A stretch of DNA of 18,430 nucleotides from Promethearchaeota archaeon (GTDB lineage Archaea; Asgardarchaeota; Lokiarchaeia; Sigyniarchaeales; SOKP01), in contig JBHLNT010000063.1 of the NCBI GenBank assembly GCA_048941265.1, forward strand, positions 4,482 through 22,911, given 5' to 3'. The notes beneath the pieces are model-generated. The model ran no database searches. It was not told the DNA's origin and worked only from the letters and a program-made list of their open reading frames with translations. Positions 8,847-17,084 of the stretch are shown here, one piece after another. Position 1 is the first letter of the stretch; each line of letters opens with the position of its first letter. The translations under genes and the position numbers were made by a program.

Positions 8847-9953
8847 TTATAAAATTTTCATCTCTTTTAATACCGATGCCAACGCAACTAAAAATTTCTC
8901 TATATCTTCCTTGAATATGGCACCCATAACTGATAATCTGAATGTATCCAATTCTGTTATTTTACCTGGATAAATAGTAAATCCTTGTTCATATAATTTA
9001 TCATGAAGGGTTTCAAAATTAAAATTGGGATGATCTAAATAATATATTGTAGTTAATATGTTAGATTCATGCACATCGTCCTGCATTAAAAATTTGAAAC
9101 CCAATTTGGTTAAACCAGTCTTTAATACTTTATAATTTTCCTTATAGCGATTAAACCGATTATTTGGTCCTTCTTCAAAAAATTCATCAATCGCTTTTTT
9201 AAAAGCATACATTATCTGAACGGGAGGAGTGAATCTGGTTTGATTTTTTTTTTCAAGATATTCGAATTGACTATAAAGATCAAGATAATAATTTCTTGGC
9301 TTGTAATTTTTTAATTTTTTTAACTCCTGTTTTTTACATATAATAAAAGTGATTCCCGCCATGCCCTGAATACATTTATTTGATGTAGACATCATATAAT
9401 CAATATTAAACTCTTTTATATTAATAGGTGTTCCCGCAAAACTCGAAATTGTGTCCACTATGAAAATTTTCCCATATTTTTTAGTAATTTCACCTATTTC
9501 CTTAATTGGATTTAATATTCCAACAGTTGTCTCATGATGCGTGACTGCGACGCATGCAATATCTGTATGTTTTTTTAATAATTCCTCAACTTGTTCTAAT
9601 TCTATTTTTTTTCCGAACTCAAATTTAAGCTCAATAACTTCAATATTATAGGTTCTAGCAATTTCAGCAAATCTAATTCCATAAGCACCATTGATAATGA
9701 TAAGAACTTTTTTATTCGGGGGTACTGCTGAACTAATTACGCTGTCCATTGCAGCTGTTCCGGACCCTGTAAATAAAATTGAGGTAAAGTTTTCATCTCC
9801 TTTAACAATTCTAACGAGATCCCGTCTTATTTCTTGCATTAGATCTCCAAACTCTTTTTCTCTGGGGCATATATCTGGAACTATTAGAGAATTTTTCACA
9901 CTGTCTGTCGTTGTTGCCGGACCTGGATTTAATAATATGTTTCTTTTAACCAT
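8847..9953 (-). CDS. phnW: 2-aminoethylphosphonate aminotransferase (class V PLP; biosynthetic AepZ role)
   Basis: LLNPGP, GSGT, NGAYG, HHETTVG, DTISSF, PLP-lysine motif STSNKCIQG, RFTPP, IYPGK are characteristic of PhnW/AepZ; last gene of the pepM operon. Confidence 0.93.
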   Translation of the reverse strand: MVKRNILLNPGPATTTDSVKNSLIVPDICPREKEFGDLMQEIRRDLVRIVKGDENFTSILFTGSGTAAMDSVISSAVPPNKKVLIIINGAYGIRFAEIARTYNIEVIELKFEFGKKIELEQVEELLKKHTDIACVAVTHHETTVGILNPIKEIGEITKKYGKIFIVDTISSFAGTPINIKEFNIDYMMSTSNKCIQGMAGITFIICKKQELKKLKNYKPRNYYLDLYSQFEYLEKKNQTRFTPPVQIMYAFKKAIDEFFEEGPNNRFNRYKENYKVLKTGLTKLGFKFLMQDDVHESNILTTIYYLDHPNFNFETLHDKLYEQGFTIYPGKITELDTFRLSVMGAIFKEDIEKFLVALASVLKEMKIL

Positions 9954-10692
9954 GATTATCTTCTTTTTTTTTTAATTTAGGATAAATAACTTTTTTCGCT
10001 CTATTTAAATCATTGATAGTATCAATTTCAATCCAATTTAAATCATGAATTAATCTACATTTTATAGGATAAGTTTTTGATAATTTATATATAACTTCTT
10101 CGTAATGAAAATTTTTTTTATTGTTGTCATAATCCTCCCTGGCTTTTTTATATAGCAGATTAAGAAAATCTTTAGATAATTTTGAAATCCCCACTAATTC
10201 TCCAATTGCTAAATCTTTATTTTCAATATTTTTACCTAAATTTGTGAGGTTGTTATTTTTATCAACACATATATATACTTCATCACCAGAACCACTTGTT
10301 GGAGCAACAAGTATTTCATTCGGGTCATTTGAATTCATTAAAAAATCTAATGCTCTCTTTTCGTATAATAAATCTGATTCTAATAATAGTATGTTATCAT
10401 TTATTATGCCTTTAGTCTGTGATAAAGAATACATACTGCCCGTATTCATATATTCCCTATTTGTAACATAACTAATATTAATTTGCTTGAATTTTTTTCC
10501 AAGCCTCCTTTTGAAGTATTCTTCCATATATCCCACAACGATTACTATTTCCTCTAATCCTAGTTTATTAAGATTATTCAGAGACCTGATTATTAAAGGA
10601 ACATTTTCAATTTCAAGAAATGCTTTTGGTTTTTTATCGGACAATGGTTTGATACGAATCCCCAATCCCGCCGCTAATATAACCGCTTTCAT
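9946..10692 (-). CDS. LicC/PntC-family phosphocholine/phosphonate cytidylyltransferase (predicted AEP -> CMP-AEP)
   Basis: ILAAGLGIR...PK nucleotidyltransferase motif, TGSMYSL, LLESDLLY, SGSGDEVY, GELVGISKLS, HYEE, WIEIDT; overlaps ppd (4 nt) and phnW (8 nt). Confidence 0.88.
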   Translation of the reverse strand: MKAVILAAGLGIRIKPLSDKKPKAFLEIENVPLIIRSLNNLNKLGLEEIVIVVGYMEEYFKRRLGKKFKQINISYVTNREYMNTGSMYSLSQTKGIINDNILLLESDLLYEKRALDFLMNSNDPNEILVAPTSGSGDEVYICVDKNNNLTNLGKNIENKDLAIGELVGISKLSKDFLNLLYKKAREDYDNNKKNFHYEEVIYKLSKTYPIKCRLIHDLNWIEIDTINDLNRAKKVIYPKLKKKEDNHG

Positions 10693-11825
10693 TTTAATTC
10701 ATTTAGATAATCCATAAATTTTTCTTTATATTTTATGGGAGATTCATTAGGTCTTGCTAAATCGGACCTTGATCCTAATTTAGTTTTAATAACTAAAATA
10801 ATTGGACCCTCTTTATTTTTAATTATTGGAAGAATTTCAACCATTTCATTTTTTGTTTTAATAACTTTGCCATATTTATAATTTGAAGCGAGTGCAATTT
10901 GAACTAAATCTGCTGTCGCAGAATTGGTGGGTTGTCCACCTGTAGATTCATGAGAACGATTATCAAAAATTATATGAATTAGATTTTTAGGAGCATATTT
11001 TCCGATTGTTGTAAATACACCCATTTGCATAATACTTGCTCCATCACCATCTAAAATAAGGACCCTATTCTTTTTTTGGAGGGAAATGCTTAAACCAATG
11101 GAACTCGCGCATCCCATACTCCCAATATTAAAAAAACTATTAAATTTTTGTATTTTTTTGGCCAATAAGTATTCAAATAGTTCTCTAGAAGTATATCCGG
11201 TTGTTGAAATAATAATTACATTTGTATCATCTAAGCTATCTAATATAATTTTAATATACTCTTCTCTCGTTAAATCATATTCATTTAATTCTTCTTTTTG
11301 ATACTCATAAGTTTGAAAGAAGTTGGGTTTGATAATAAAAGCAAATGGGCCTTTATTTTTTTCAAAATGTTGAACGGCCTTTTCAATACTTTTAGTTATA
11401 AATTCAGAATTTGGTTCAAGAATGATATAAGGAATGTTAAGAGTATCTAGTAAGGATAAGGTTATTTTTCCCATTTTTTTATGCTGAGGCGCATCGGCTA
11501 AACCCGGTTCTCCACGCCAGCCTATCATCAAAAGAAGTGGTATTGAATAAATTTCGACATCGCATAATGATACTAAGGGATTTACGGCCTTACCTAATCC
11601 AGAATTTTGCATATATACAACTCCCACTTTGTTTGTTGCCAAATAATATCCGGCGCCTAATGCTACGGCCTCACATTCATTGCAAGGAATTATATTCTGT
11701 AACAATTTTCCATTTTTGTCTGACAAAAAATTCATCCAATCTTTGAATGTAGAATCGGGGATACCCGTAAAAAAAGAGATATCTTTTGTTTTCAAAATGT
11801 TAAAAAAATCCTGACAAGAAATCAT
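10689..11825 (-). CDS. aepY: Phosphonopyruvate decarboxylase (TPP-dependent, fused alpha/beta)
   Basis: FFTGIPDS, YMQNSGLG, GWRGEPG..D.PQH, STTGYTSRELF, GSMG, TPP motif DGDGA...DN, HESTGGQPT, L.RP; directly downstream of PEP mutase. Confidence 0.93.
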   Translation of the reverse strand: MISCQDFFNILKTKDISFFTGIPDSTFKDWMNFLSDKNGKLLQNIIPCNECEAVALGAGYYLATNKVGVVYMQNSGLGKAVNPLVSLCDVEIYSIPLLLMIGWRGEPGLADAPQHKKMGKITLSLLDTLNIPYIILEPNSEFITKSIEKAVQHFEKNKGPFAFIIKPNFFQTYEYQKEELNEYDLTREEYIKIILDSLDDTNVIIISTTGYTSRELFEYLLAKKIQKFNSFFNIGSMGCASSIGLSISLQKKNRVLILDGDGASIMQMGVFTTIGKYAPKNLIHIIFDNRSHESTGGQPTNSATADLVQIALASNYKYGKVIKTKNEMVEILPIIKNKEGPIILVIKTKLGSRSDLARPNESPIKYKEKFMDYLNELK

Positions 11826-11827
11826 AT

Positions 11828-13525
11828 TTAAATCATCAATTCTGCTAACTTGACATCATTTTGATCATTTATTTCGATCCATCCTTTATGGACTTCAGCA
11901 GTGTATACACGAAATCCACGATTTATTATTTCTTGGATTAAATCCATAAAATCTGCCTGCTTAAACTCAATAGCTTCATGAAATGGTCCGTTCCAGTTTT
12001 TTGAGCAATTATGGTAAACTTTTTTTAGTACTTCAGCCCCGAATTTAGAGAAATAGGCGATCCCTATGTATTCATAATCAGCCATCTCGATGTTAATGTT
12101 TTTACCGATTCTTATTACTTCATTCTCTTCTCCATAGAGGCTATAAATCATTTCTGTTGGTTTGTTTTTGGTCAAAACTAAATCTAAATTTTTATCTATT
12201 CCGTGTTTATGATATTTATAAGACCGGTCTACAACTAAAACTATATCGTGATGGGTATTAAGCACGTTACTTATTACAACTTCTGTAAATAAAATATCGG
12301 AATTGATATAGAGAAAACCCTCGTCAAAATCATCCTCAGCGCAAAATAAGGAATGAAGTAAATAATAATCTTTATAATTATCATTATCTATATATTTAAT
12401 TCCTTTTAAATTAATATCTTCTTTTTTATATCCTCTAATCAGCGTTATTTTATTTATATTGAATTTATTTAACACGTCGATTTGTCTTTGTAAAATTGGC
12501 TTATTTTTTATCTTAACCATAGCTTTTGGCATATTAAAATTTTCTGCTTCTCCAGCAGCAGGTATTATTACTTGGAGACCCTCAGTTTGATAAAATTTAT
12601 CCAAATCCTTGATAACAGATAACCCAACTTTATCAAAAATTTCTTTTACTGGAGTACATATTGATTCAACTTCAAAGCCCCTTCCATATTTTAGAATTTT
12701 TTTAGCAGCTTCTTGCATTGCCTTATGGGCAGCTCTTAATAAATGATTAGCATAAATTACTATATCAAAATCGTATTTGCTAAGTTCTTCCTCAGTTATC
12801 ATATTATAAGTAGTAGGTACACAGATGAGAGGTTTTCTAAATCCTAATTCAGAACATAATTCATTATAGGCTTTTGCGAATTCAATAATCTCGTTTGGAT
12901 CATCATTTTTTGAGTGGATCATTATTGCATCTGCCCCTGCTTCCACATATTTTTTAGCCCTAAAAATTGCATCCTTCAACCCCGCTCCCGAAATTAAACT
13001 TTCAATTCTGGCTGCAATAAAAAATTCATCTGAGAATTGAATTTGCTTCCCTCTTTTAATTTTAAGGGCAAATTTATTAGGATCTTCCTGAGTTTGGGAA
13101 CATTCAGGATCTAAACTGTTTCTTTTGGGAAAAACTTTATCCTCAATTATAACCATTGAAACTCCTAAATATTCTAATCTTTTAACTAAATATTCAAAAT
13201 TAGCTAAATCGCCTCCGGTATCTCCATCAAATATAACTGGTTTAGAAGTTGAATCTAAAATAAATCTTAAAGACTCAAAACGGGAATCAATACTTATAAT
13301 ATCTGCATCCGGGTATCCTTTTGAAGCACTATCAGTAAAACTACTCTCCCAAATTCCATCAAATTCTATTAGGTCCCCGTTATTTACTGTTATTTTCGTC
13401 TCTTCTACAATTATAGAACTAAGTCCATCATGGGCTTCTAAAAAGCGTAATGGTCGTTTTATTTCCAATAATTCTTTTAATTTTTTCCTTCTTTTTCCAG
13501 GTGAGATTTGGTTTAAAATAGTCAA
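11828..13525 (-). CDS. pepM: Phosphoenolpyruvate mutase fused to C-terminal nucleotidyltransferase domain
   Basis: Diagnostic PepM motif EDK-x5-NS (EDKVFPKRNS at 13144-13115), plus EAHDGLS, DGDTGG, ARIESLI, GADAIMIHS, VPTTY, IYANHLLRAA. The last ~250 aa (12580-11828) are NTP-transferase-like (IIPAAG...PK...GY...SDILF...GWIEIN). TTG start. Also called aepX. Confidence 0.95.
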   Translation of the reverse strand: MTILNQISPGKRRKKLKELLEIKRPLRFLEAHDGLSSIIVEETKITVNNGDLIEFDGIWESSFTDSASKGYPDADIISIDSRFESLRFILDSTSKPVIFDGDTGGDLANFEYLVKRLEYLGVSMVIIEDKVFPKRNSLDPECSQTQEDPNKFALKIKRGKQIQFSDEFFIAARIESLISGAGLKDAIFRAKKYVEAGADAIMIHSKNDDPNEIIEFAKAYNELCSELGFRKPLICVPTTYNMITEEELSKYDFDIVIYANHLLRAAHKAMQEAAKKILKYGRGFEVESICTPVKEIFDKVGLSVIKDLDKFYQTEGLQVIIPAAGEAENFNMPKAMVKIKNKPILQRQIDVLNKFNINKITLIRGYKKEDINLKGIKYIDNDNYKDYYLLHSLFCAEDDFDEGFLYINSDILFTEVVISNVLNTHHDIVLVVDRSYKYHKHGIDKNLDLVLTKNKPTEMIYSLYGEENEVIRIGKNINIEMADYEYIGIAYFSKFGAEVLKKVYHNCSKNWNGPFHEAIEFKQADFMDLIQEIINRGFRVYTAEVHKGWIEINDQNDVKLAELMI

Positions 13526-13569
13526 TCTATTTTTTAGATTTTAAGTTAAAAATTTCACTTATTTATATT

Positions 13570-13583
13570 GTATATATAGTTTT
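13570..13583 (-). promoter_or_regulatory. Candidate BRE/TATA promoter of the pepM operon
   Basis: Minus strand reads AAAACTATATATAC, 45-58 nt upstream of the pepM TTG, within the divergent 13526-13797 spacer. Confidence 0.35.
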
Positions 13584-13797
13584 AAAAATCATTAATTAAT
13601 AATTTTAACTCATTTGCTATTGATTTTCTCTTAAATAGTCGATTTTTTTTTTAATTCTATTAAAATTAAATTAAGATTCTATGCATAATTTCTGCAAATA
13701 TTTTTTAGATTAAGAGAACTTAGAAAAACTCAAAATTTATTTACTTAAAGATTTTTTAATCAAATAATTCTATTAGTACTAATTTAATGCCGGTCTT

Positions 13798-15843
13798 ATG
13801 AGATTAAAGACAAAATTAGGAAAAATTCGATTTGCAAAAATTCCTTTTATTAAGAAGTCTTATAAATTCGCTATTAAAATTTATGCTAAAAATAGAAAAA
13901 ATATAATGATCAATTCTCTATTTTCTTCGGTATTAAGATTCTCACTTAGATTTAAATTTATGATAAGCTCTTACTATTTTTTGAAAAAAAATCTAATTAT
14001 AAAGAATATCAACGAGTTTTGGATTATTCATATAGGATTTATAAGGAAAAAAAATTACTTTCCTTTTATAGAAATGGATTCTTATATCTCAAATAATCCA
14101 TCCATTTGCTCCAATCTTTTAAATTTACCTTTTAATTCAGAGAGTTGTCAAATGATCTATATTAAACATTTTTTTAGATATTTCAAAAATAAAAATTTTA
14201 ATAAAATAATTAAATCTTGGAAAAAATATCTTATTCCAGGGGGAATCTTAAAAATTCAAGTATATTTAGGTAAAAATGAGAAGAAAGTCGAAAAATTGAA
14301 AAATACCATATTGAAGCATAATTTCTTCTTAAAAACAATTGATGAATATGATCTAAAGATCAATGGAACAATATTAATTACCGCAATTAAGCAAAGAAAA
14401 AGTAATAGTACGATAAGTTCTATTTCTGGTGAAAAGTTAAGGGATATGTGTCTAATCTTAAATCAGAACAGAAAATACTTTTCAAATATCGAAAAGCTTT
14501 GTATAATCGGATTTGATTCTGTTAAAATTAAAAATTTTGTTCAAAATCTAAAACTAAATATAAATCAAATTGATTGTTTTGAGGATATTGAAATTTTTTC
14601 TAAAACAACTGAAAATTATTATGATGCTGCTATTGTGGCAAATTTTTTCGAATATAATAATTATTCTAAAAATACTAAAATTTTCAAGGAGTTACGAAAA
14701 TTATTAAAACCGGGTGGAAAGATGTTGATATTAATCCCGGAAAAAAAAAATTATTACGCTCACCAAGTAGCCCAAGTTTTTGATAAAGGGATTCTTTTGA
14801 AGATATTGGATGATAATAATATAGCAATTAAATGGATAAATTTAAGTTCATCCTTTAAATTTATACAAGTTTTAGTTGAGAATAAAAATAATTTTCCTTT
14901 AGAACACATTGGTATAAAAGTACTATTACTGGGAGTTTATTCTCTCAGATACACTTTTTTAAGCAATGCACGATGGGATAGCCAAGTAAGAGCATTTAAA
15001 AAACTCGGTTATGATATAAGAATATTAGAGATTGAAGATAATTCGTTTTCTTATTTATATAAGTATATTAAATTATTTAGACCCGATATTTTGTGGATTG
15101 GTAGTAAACTTGCCTATGATTTTTTAAAAAAGTATGCTGATTTTTTTAGAGGGTCAAAAATAAAGGTAGTTTATTGGCTTTGGGATATTATAACTCCTGT
15201 TGAATACGATTTTAGGGGAATTATTGATTATATGTTTATTACTAGTAAAGGAGAAATCCCATTATATAAAAAAACGTATAATTTAAATAAAGTTTATTAT
15301 GTACCCGTCGCGATTATGCCTGAAATTATACATAGAAATAAATTTATAAAAAAAATTTATGATGTGGGATTTGCTGGTCAACTGGGATATACACATCCGT
15401 TTTATAAAGAAAGAACGAGATATTTTGATATAATTCGCAAGCATTATACTGTACACGTTTTTAAAAATATCTATAACAATTTATCTGAAAATTACTGCCA
15501 ATGTAAAATTGTATATGGAGGTACGCCGTACTTTAAAGATTTAGAATTATATGCTTCAAATCGACCGTATATTGCAATGGCTAGCGGATGCGTTTTTATA
15601 ACTAATTATTTTAAAGGATTAGAACGTTTAGCTGAAAATGAAAAGCATCTTTTATGGTTTAACAATGATGATGAATTGCTATATTTATTAAATAAATACA
15701 TTAATAACGAAGATCTCTGTAATCAGATAAAAAGAAATGCTGTAAAATTAATCAAAGAAAATCATAATTATGTTATCAGGATACAAAATATGTTAGATAT
15801 CATTGACGGTAAAACAGAAGATTTTTATGGTTTCATTAAGTAA
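13798..15843 (+). CDS. Fusion protein: two degenerate class I SAM methyltransferase-like domains plus C-terminal GT-B glycosyltransferase (YkvP/CgeB-like)
   Basis: Domain 1: LPFNSESCQMIYIKHFF...WKKYLIPGGILKI; domain 2: ENYYDAAIVANFFEY...FKELRKLLKPGGKMLILIP (Methyltransf_11-like C-terminal motifs). GT part: RAFKKLGYDI, FRPDILWI, YDVGFAG...ER, YASNRPYIAMASGCVFIT, ENHNYVIRI. Confidence 0.78.
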   Translation: MRLKTKLGKIRFAKIPFIKKSYKFAIKIYAKNRKNIMINSLFSSVLRFSLRFKFMISSYYFLKKNLIIKNINEFWIIHIGFIRKKNYFPFIEMDSYISNNPSICSNLLNLPFNSESCQMIYIKHFFRYFKNKNFNKIIKSWKKYLIPGGILKIQVYLGKNEKKVEKLKNTILKHNFFLKTIDEYDLKINGTILITAIKQRKSNSTISSISGEKLRDMCLILNQNRKYFSNIEKLCIIGFDSVKIKNFVQNLKLNINQIDCFEDIEIFSKTTENYYDAAIVANFFEYNNYSKNTKIFKELRKLLKPGGKMLILIPEKKNYYAHQVAQVFDKGILLKILDDNNIAIKWINLSSSFKFIQVLVENKNNFPLEHIGIKVLLLGVYSLRYTFLSNARWDSQVRAFKKLGYDIRILEIEDNSFSYLYKYIKLFRPDILWIGSKLAYDFLKKYADFFRGSKIKVVYWLWDIITPVEYDFRGIIDYMFITSKGEIPLYKKTYNLNKVYYVPVAIMPEIIHRNKFIKKIYDVGFAGQLGYTHPFYKERTRYFDIIRKHYTVHVFKNIYNNLSENYCQCKIVYGGTPYFKDLELYASNRPYIAMASGCVFITNYFKGLERLAENEKHLLWFNNDDELLYLLNKYINNEDLCNQIKRNAVKLIKENHNYVIRIQNMLDIIDGKTEDFYGFIK

Positions 15844-15881
15844 AATTATGATCTCTATAGTGCTGAATTTGAGTTTGGAAG

Positions 15882-17030
15882 TCAATTTTTGAGATAATGG
15901 AAAAAATCGCTTATGCTTATAGGTTTTTTCAAATATTTTTCATAAACTTCATAATTTTTATAAACACTCCTATAAAAATCGCATTTTTTGCAAATGGGAT
16001 TAAAATGACCTTTTTGTTGATTGGCTATTAATTTTAAAAAGTTTTTATTATTAATTGAATAAATCTCATCGAAGGTTTGTGTTTTTATATCTCCAATTCT
16101 TAAAGTAGCATTTATATCTCTACAGGCACAGGCATTAATGGTACCGTCTGCCATGACCTGATTTTTGTAAAATATTAAAGAGCATGCTCCATTTTTATAG
16201 AATTTTGTGGGATCGTTTATAATCATGTCTAATCCTTTAACATCTTCAGAAGTGATTAAACCTCCCCATGTGTTAAATGATTTTAGAATTTGTATATTAC
16301 TATTAGTGATTTTTATTATATTTCTAAGTATTTTACATAAATCACTATCGCATTTCTGTAAACCTATAAAAGAACGATCAGTTCTTAATCCAAAACTTAA
16401 CTTAAATTTGATTTTATTACATTTACTTAACAGATAATCTAAATTTGATAATAATTTTTGATATGTTTCACGGTTTCCTCTGGTAATAAGAATAAAGGAA
16501 TTGAGATCGTGACCGTATAAGCTGATAAAAAGTTCTTTAATTTTTTTACTTTGAATTAAATCATCAATATCCTGTTTACTAACTAAAGTAAAATTCGTGA
16601 AAAAGCTATAATTTTTAACTTTAGGATGAGCTTCTAAAAATTTAGTTTTATCTATAAAATTTTTATCGACGAAAACTTCTCCTACTATTGGAGTAAGACC
16701 GAATGTATCATAACCAAAATTAGTTGCTCGGTTAATAATATCAAAAAACAATTCATTAGACATTGTTAATTTTTTATTATTCAATGATTTACTATAACCA
16801 CAAAATTTGCATCTAAGATTGCAAATATTTGAAACTTCTACATAAAGATGTTCTCTCGGATTAGGTATATACTCATTTCTAATTAATCGATTAATTTTCA
16901 TAGTAAGCATGTCGGCATAATATTTCATATCAACTTTATTTCTGGTTAATCTTCGGAATAATGCTGATATTCTAAAAATATTTCTATTCAATTTTTCGGC
17001 TAATAAAGTTGTAATCTTTTTTATTTTCAT
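15882..17030 (-). CDS. Radical SAM protein with C-terminal SPASM/twitch domain
   Basis: YVEVSNICNLRCKFC (CxxxCxxC), IVGEVF in place of GGEP, FTN, ISLYG; C-terminal C-x(~17)-CAC...IGDI...CKKC auxiliary-cluster cysteines. Confidence 0.92.
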   Translation of the reverse strand: MKIKKITTLLAEKLNRNIFRISALFRRLTRNKVDMKYYADMLTMKINRLIRNEYIPNPREHLYVEVSNICNLRCKFCGYSKSLNNKKLTMSNELFFDIINRATNFGYDTFGLTPIVGEVFVDKNFIDKTKFLEAHPKVKNYSFFTNFTLVSKQDIDDLIQSKKIKELFISLYGHDLNSFILITRGNRETYQKLLSNLDYLLSKCNKIKFKLSFGLRTDRSFIGLQKCDSDLCKILRNIIKITNSNIQILKSFNTWGGLITSEDVKGLDMIINDPTKFYKNGACSLIFYKNQVMADGTINACACRDINATLRIGDIKTQTFDEIYSINNKNFLKLIANQQKGHFNPICKKCDFYRSVYKNYEVYEKYLKKPISISDFFHYLKN

Positions 17031-17084
17031 CTTTATTTCCCTTTTCTAATTAATACCTCATTTATTTAATCAAGTAAAACCTTT

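Noticed and set aside
8847-9953. PhnW as part of AEP catabolism
   Set aside because: No phnX, phnY/phnA or phosphonate uptake genes in the window, and it is coupled to pepM/ppd, so the biosynthetic direction is favoured.
11828-13525. Alternative call as isocitrate lyase, methylisocitrate lyase or phosphonopyruvate hydrolase
   Set aside because: Has the PepM motif EDK-x5-NS rather than K(K/R)CGH, and sits directly upstream of ppd.
9691-13544. Plus-strand ORFs at 9691, 10244, 10487, 11086, 11537 and 13125
   Set aside because: All lie opposite strongly supported phosphonate genes and have the Ser/Ile/Phe-rich or motif-free composition of shadow frames.
13526-13797. Longest intergenic spacer as ncRNA, CRISPR or small gene
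   Set aside because: Almost entirely A/T, with no GC-rich stems, repeat-spacer periodicity or credible ORF; adequately explained as a divergent promoter region.
291-14750. 10-nt A/T homopolymers (291-300, 5350-5359, 7646-7655, 9964-9973, 13643-13652, 14741-14750) as phase-variation tracts
   Set aside because: Coding ones are all in frame and encode Lys or Phe runs; such runs are expected at this AT content. Read-level length variation would be needed to revive the idea.
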